The notes under the pieces: generated by a model
Told to the model about the DNA's origin: nothing
The model's input: the letters and a program-made list of their open reading frames with translations, nothing else
The model's database searches: none
Program-made: the position numbers and the translations under genes
Shown: piece after piece, positions 60,187-64,000 of the stretch
Numbering within the stretch: position 1 is the stretch's first letter
Layout: each line of letters begins with the position of its first letter
Origin: Chlorokybus atmophyticus
Taxonomy: Eukaryota > Plantae > Mesostigma and Chlorokybus algae
DNA length: 64,000 nt
Direction of reading: 5' to 3'
NCBI GenBank assembly: GCA_009103225.1
Contig: RHPI01001428.1
Coordinates: 118,487-182,486, forward strand

Positions 60187-62151
60187 ATGGCGTCCGCGGT
60201 TGCTCCCACGGCGGCGCTGCTCGGCCACGCTGTCGCACAGGCGCCTTCGGCTCGCCCAGCCTCCTTCATGGGCCGGCCCCTACCCGCCGTGGCCCACCCT
60301 GCTCCTGCGCCGCTCTTTCGCCGACGGGCGCTCTCCGTCACTGCACGCGCAGGCGGCGGCGGAGGATCCAACACACCTCTACAGGTATACACACGCGCAT
60401 GCATGGTGTTGTAGTCACAACATTACCCGCATTCTTTTGGCGTGGTCGCTTTGGACCTGGCTTGAGATGAGTCTGGCTCGATGGTCGTGGTTGGGGTCGT
60501 GGTCTTCGGCACGGGGATTGAGGCGTTTTCTTGCCTTGGTACCTTTATCAAAGCCTCTGCACTAGCGCTACTGCAGTCGCATTGAGTACCAGCAGAGCAT
60601 AGGCAGTGGCAGGGGCTGGGTCGCCACCATCATGGTCACCCTCAGCTGTTTGCCGTGCTTGTCAGTCGAGAGCACACGTTGTTGCGTCCTTTGTGATGGT
60701 CTCGTCCTAACATCAGCTCAGTCGTCATGCAACATGTCTCAAACAACCACTGGTTAAGGCGCAACCTATCTTAGTTGCCAGGTTGCATGTTGTTGTAGAA
60801 CAGCAAACAGCTGCTGGCATTTGCAATCCAGCTGGACTAGTGCAGAGAACAGCAGCAGACTTCGTCGCATGTGCACGCAGTTGCGCCTCACTCACGCACT
60901 TTTGGCCATCATCGTGTTGAAGCTCCCCCACTCATAAAGCATGCGTGCGTGCATATGCTCATGTGTGGATTGTGTTGGCAGGCCCCGTACCAGCCGTTCC
61001 GAGTGATTAACCAGGAGGAGGAGGGCGGTTACGGTTCTGCTCTTACGGCTCAGGAGCAGCTTCAGATTCTTCGCGAGCGTCAGGGCCTTTGGCATGAGCT
61101 TGCTCGCGTTGTCCCGCTGCTTCTACGTTCCGGCTACAGCCCCAACGCCATCGACGCGGAGACGGGTCTCACGGGCGCGGAGCAGAACCGCTGGACCGTG
61201 GCCGCGCAGGTGTTGGAGTCCCTGCGCGCGGCGGGCATGGACCCAGACGCGTTGGGTTACTTTGACGTGGACGGCGCGGACGTGCTGTACGAGCTGCGCA
61301 TCCTCAACAACACGCAGCGTCGACAGGCCGCCGAGTACATCCTCGACAACAACAGCCCGTCCATGGAGGCCAAGAGCGTGGGTCTCCTTGCGCGCGCCAT
61401 TAAGGACCACGAGCGCAAGCGCGGCGGCTCCGACCGTGACTTCTTCGCCCCCACGCCAGCAGACTGCCTCGCCTACCTCTACTACCGCCAGGCCCTTGAG
61501 GCCACCACCGCTTTTGACAAGGAGACCTATGTCGAGCAGGGACTCGCCGTCGCCTCCTCCGACGCCGCAAAACAGAAGCTACAGACCCTCCTCTCCCGCG
61601 CAGGCCAGGCCGACTCCGCCGCCTCCGCCGATGACCACGCCTCCGCCTCCGTCTCCACCACACCCGCAGAGATCACTGTTGTGGGCGTGGCCGACGACGA
61701 CCTCCGCTCCGCCATTGTCCCCGTCCTTGGCAACATGGCCGCCCTCTCCGCCAACCAGCTGCGCTCCGCACCCGCCATGGCCAACGCCAGCGCGCTTGGC
61801 GTGTTCTCCCTCTCCTCTTCCACGCCGTCTCAGTGGGTGGCGCTGCCTCAGTGGCCCGCTCTCGCCGACAGGGGCACGCGTCTCGTGGCGCTGCTCTGCC
61901 CCACGCCCGCGCCCGTGGCCGCCTTCGTGCGCGTGTCCAAGGCGCAGCAGGGACAGCCCATCCTCCTCGTGGTGGACCTCGATGACCAGGAAGCCCAACC
62001 GAGTTGCTGCTCACTTGCCGCCGACCAGGAGGGCGCGCTGTCCGTTGTTGCCGGCAGTCAGAAGCTTGTTGGAAGGGAGATAGTCGGCCGTGTCATCCTT
62101 GGCATACGCAGGGCGCCGGTAGCAAGCGTGGTTGATGGGCTCGATGACTAG
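60187..62151 (+). CDS. RAF1: Rubisco accumulation factor 1; 2 exons (60187-60384, 60982-62151)
   Basis: Transit peptide, then YQPFR, ILRERQGLWHELA, GYSPNAIDAETGLTGAEQNRWTVAAQV, LYELRIL...R..AA, P.DCLAY..YR, C-terminal domain ending GRVILGIRR. Confidence 0.92.
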
Positions 62152-62660
62152 GGGGGGTAAGGGACAAGAACAGTGAGCAGCCCCAGGTCACGGTTGGATG
62201 CGTTCCACCCCTGCCTGCTCCTGCTGAACGTTATTGTTTATGTGAACAGTATATGAGAGTGTATGTGAGATTGTGCTCATGCACTGCAGACCGTTTTGCG
62301 ACGGACATTATGATTTCGTGAAAGAGTTGTGCTCCTGCATCCTGTGCTTGTGCTGTGAACAGTGGCAACACCACTAAATCATGGGCATTAGCGCATTCTG
62401 AAGTCGAAGGCAACCTTCTGGGGCAGTACAGGTCAGCGGCATTGCGCACACAAGCTCCCAAACCTCATGGTACTACTGTGTGACAATAACATTACATTCC
62501 ACGTAAAGTGGATGAGACACTGTCATATGTCCAGTAACAATCTTGCAGACCGCACGCTTTTCGTAGTGTATGCGGTAGTATAGCTATCACCGGGCACACA
62601 TGCTGTAGACCACACACACCTTGCAACTGGCAGTCAGTCTAATTGGTATGTGTACAGCAC

Positions 62661-63913
62661 CTACACCGCTGCTAGCCGCTCAGCAACCAACTTCTGCAGC
62701 ACGTTTTCCCACTTGGCTGCTGGCTCTCGCCACGACCAGTCCCTTTGCATCCCGGCAACGCGCATAGCCTCGAACTGAGGTGTTCCATAGTACTGCAGTG
62801 CGGTGCTGATAGCCTGGCAGCAGAAAAGGCCATAAACAGATCAGTTCATATGCACTACACAATGGTCCAGCACTCACCAATGTGCACACCACAGACATGG
62901 TATGTGCAGGCACGAAAACAATTTGTGTGCTACTGCTGTGCACCAACAACAGGTACGCACCTTGGTGACCGCGCGCACGTCGGTGGGGTTGGTGCGGTCC
63001 ACATCGCTGTGGAGTTCGCGAAACTCAATGCAGGCTGCAACAGACTCCGCACCCTCACAATCAACGAACCCATAATCCAGGTCACCCACCCGCGCGCCGG
63101 CGGTGTTCTCGGCCAACCCTAAGGGGCCTATCTGAAAGCCCAGCTCTGCCGGCACCGTGTCAATCAAGCCGCCCGTAGACGCGACGATGGGAATCGTCCC
63201 GTAACGCATGCCGTTCATCTGCACCAGACCGCACGGCTCGAACCGCGACGGCACGAGCACGTAGTCTGCGCCAGCGTTGATCTGATGCGAAAGCTCTACG
63301 GAGAAGGCCGCTACACCTGCACGATAGTAACTTAAGCGCGTGCGCATTTCGTCATTGCTCGAGGCATGGCAAAGCAACTCATGTTGTAAGACACAACAAT
63401 TGCAGCAGGCTCTGTTATGCAATGGCTTGAACTGTGCCTGACTGGCATTTGACCACAACAACAATAAACCTGCGGCTCTTCCAGGGAACCGAGATGACAG
63501 GCCCGTGAGTCCAGCCTCAAGTTCTTGGCTGCCTGATCCCAGCAGGACGAGCTGTGCATCTCTGTGTTCCGCGATGGCTGCGGGCACGGCGTGAAGAAGG
63601 ATGTCCACTCCCTTCTGGTCATCGAGGCGGCCGACAAAGGCCAGCAGCGCCGCATTCGGGTCCTCATTTAGACCAAACTGCAGGCAGTGAAAGTGAGTAC
63701 ACAACAGCTCAAGGTAAGACAACAATTGACCATTTCTGGCCCGTACCTGGCGCTGCAAAGCAGCCTTGGCGCGAGCTTTGCCGCTCAGGTCATCCGCGCT
63801 GTATCTGCAATCAGCTGCCAGGAACTTGTCCGTCTGCGGGTTCCACATCACATCGTCCATGCCGTTAACGATGCCTTCCACACCGCCAACCTGCTTCAGA
63901 ACGCTGTCGAGCT
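62661..63913 (-). CDS. GBSS: Granule-bound starch synthase-like GT5 enzyme, 3' part (continues beyond the window)
   Basis: GIVNGMD, FVGRLDDQKG, GADYVLVPSRFEPCGLVQ, MRYGT, STGGLIDTV, YGTPQFEAM...DWSWREPAAKWENVL. Introns 63678-63746, 63317-63469, 63007-63117, 62814-62960. Confidence 0.88.
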
Positions 63914-64000
63914 CTGTTCATGACACGCTCCGCTTAGAAACAGTTACAGACATGCGCACAAGAATGTACTAGAAAAGCACGCACATATATATATATATAT

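Noticed and set aside
63007-63117. Novel 37-aa insertion in GBSS
   Set aside because: Better explained as a GT-AG intron whose removal restores canonical spacing; kept only as part of the 3n-intron finding.
43119-63913. Plastid-function gene cluster (ABC1K1, FAP, RAF1, GBSS)
   Set aside because: Interleaved with unrelated genes, and plastid-targeted genes are common in algal genomes; no evidence beyond chance without synteny data.

Overview
Intron-rich eukaryotic (green-lineage, probably algal) nuclear DNA in two sharply different halves. About 1-43 kb is a nested transposon block. It holds a family of small gag-only Ty1/Copia LTR elements (one young intact copy, one decayed copy, several solo LTRs), a hAT transposase split by a DIRS/PAT-type tyrosine-recombinase (YR) retrotransposon, and a second, internally inverted copy of that YR element. 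It also holds chromoviral and other Ty3/Gypsy fragments, an L1/Tx1-clade LINE sitting inside a solo LTR with a 71-bp duplication, and Penelope-like elements with an N-terminal GIY-YIG domain. About 43-64 kb is gene-dense: ABC1K1-like kinase, CHI-fold fatty-acid-binding protein, RWD-domain protein, a small uncharacterised acidic/basic protein, an unidentified decayed ORF region, RAF1, and the 3' part of a GBSS-type starch synthase. There are four N gaps. No prokaryotic features (CRISPR, operons) are present. The most unusual signals are (1) the junction grammar of the YR elements (a 23-bp motif always preceded by GCT, an inversion exactly at the RT active site, a double hairpin), (2) the 71-bp target duplication around the LINE, and (3) a run of in-frame, stop-free introns in GBSS. 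All assignments come from reading motifs by eye; no database search was run.
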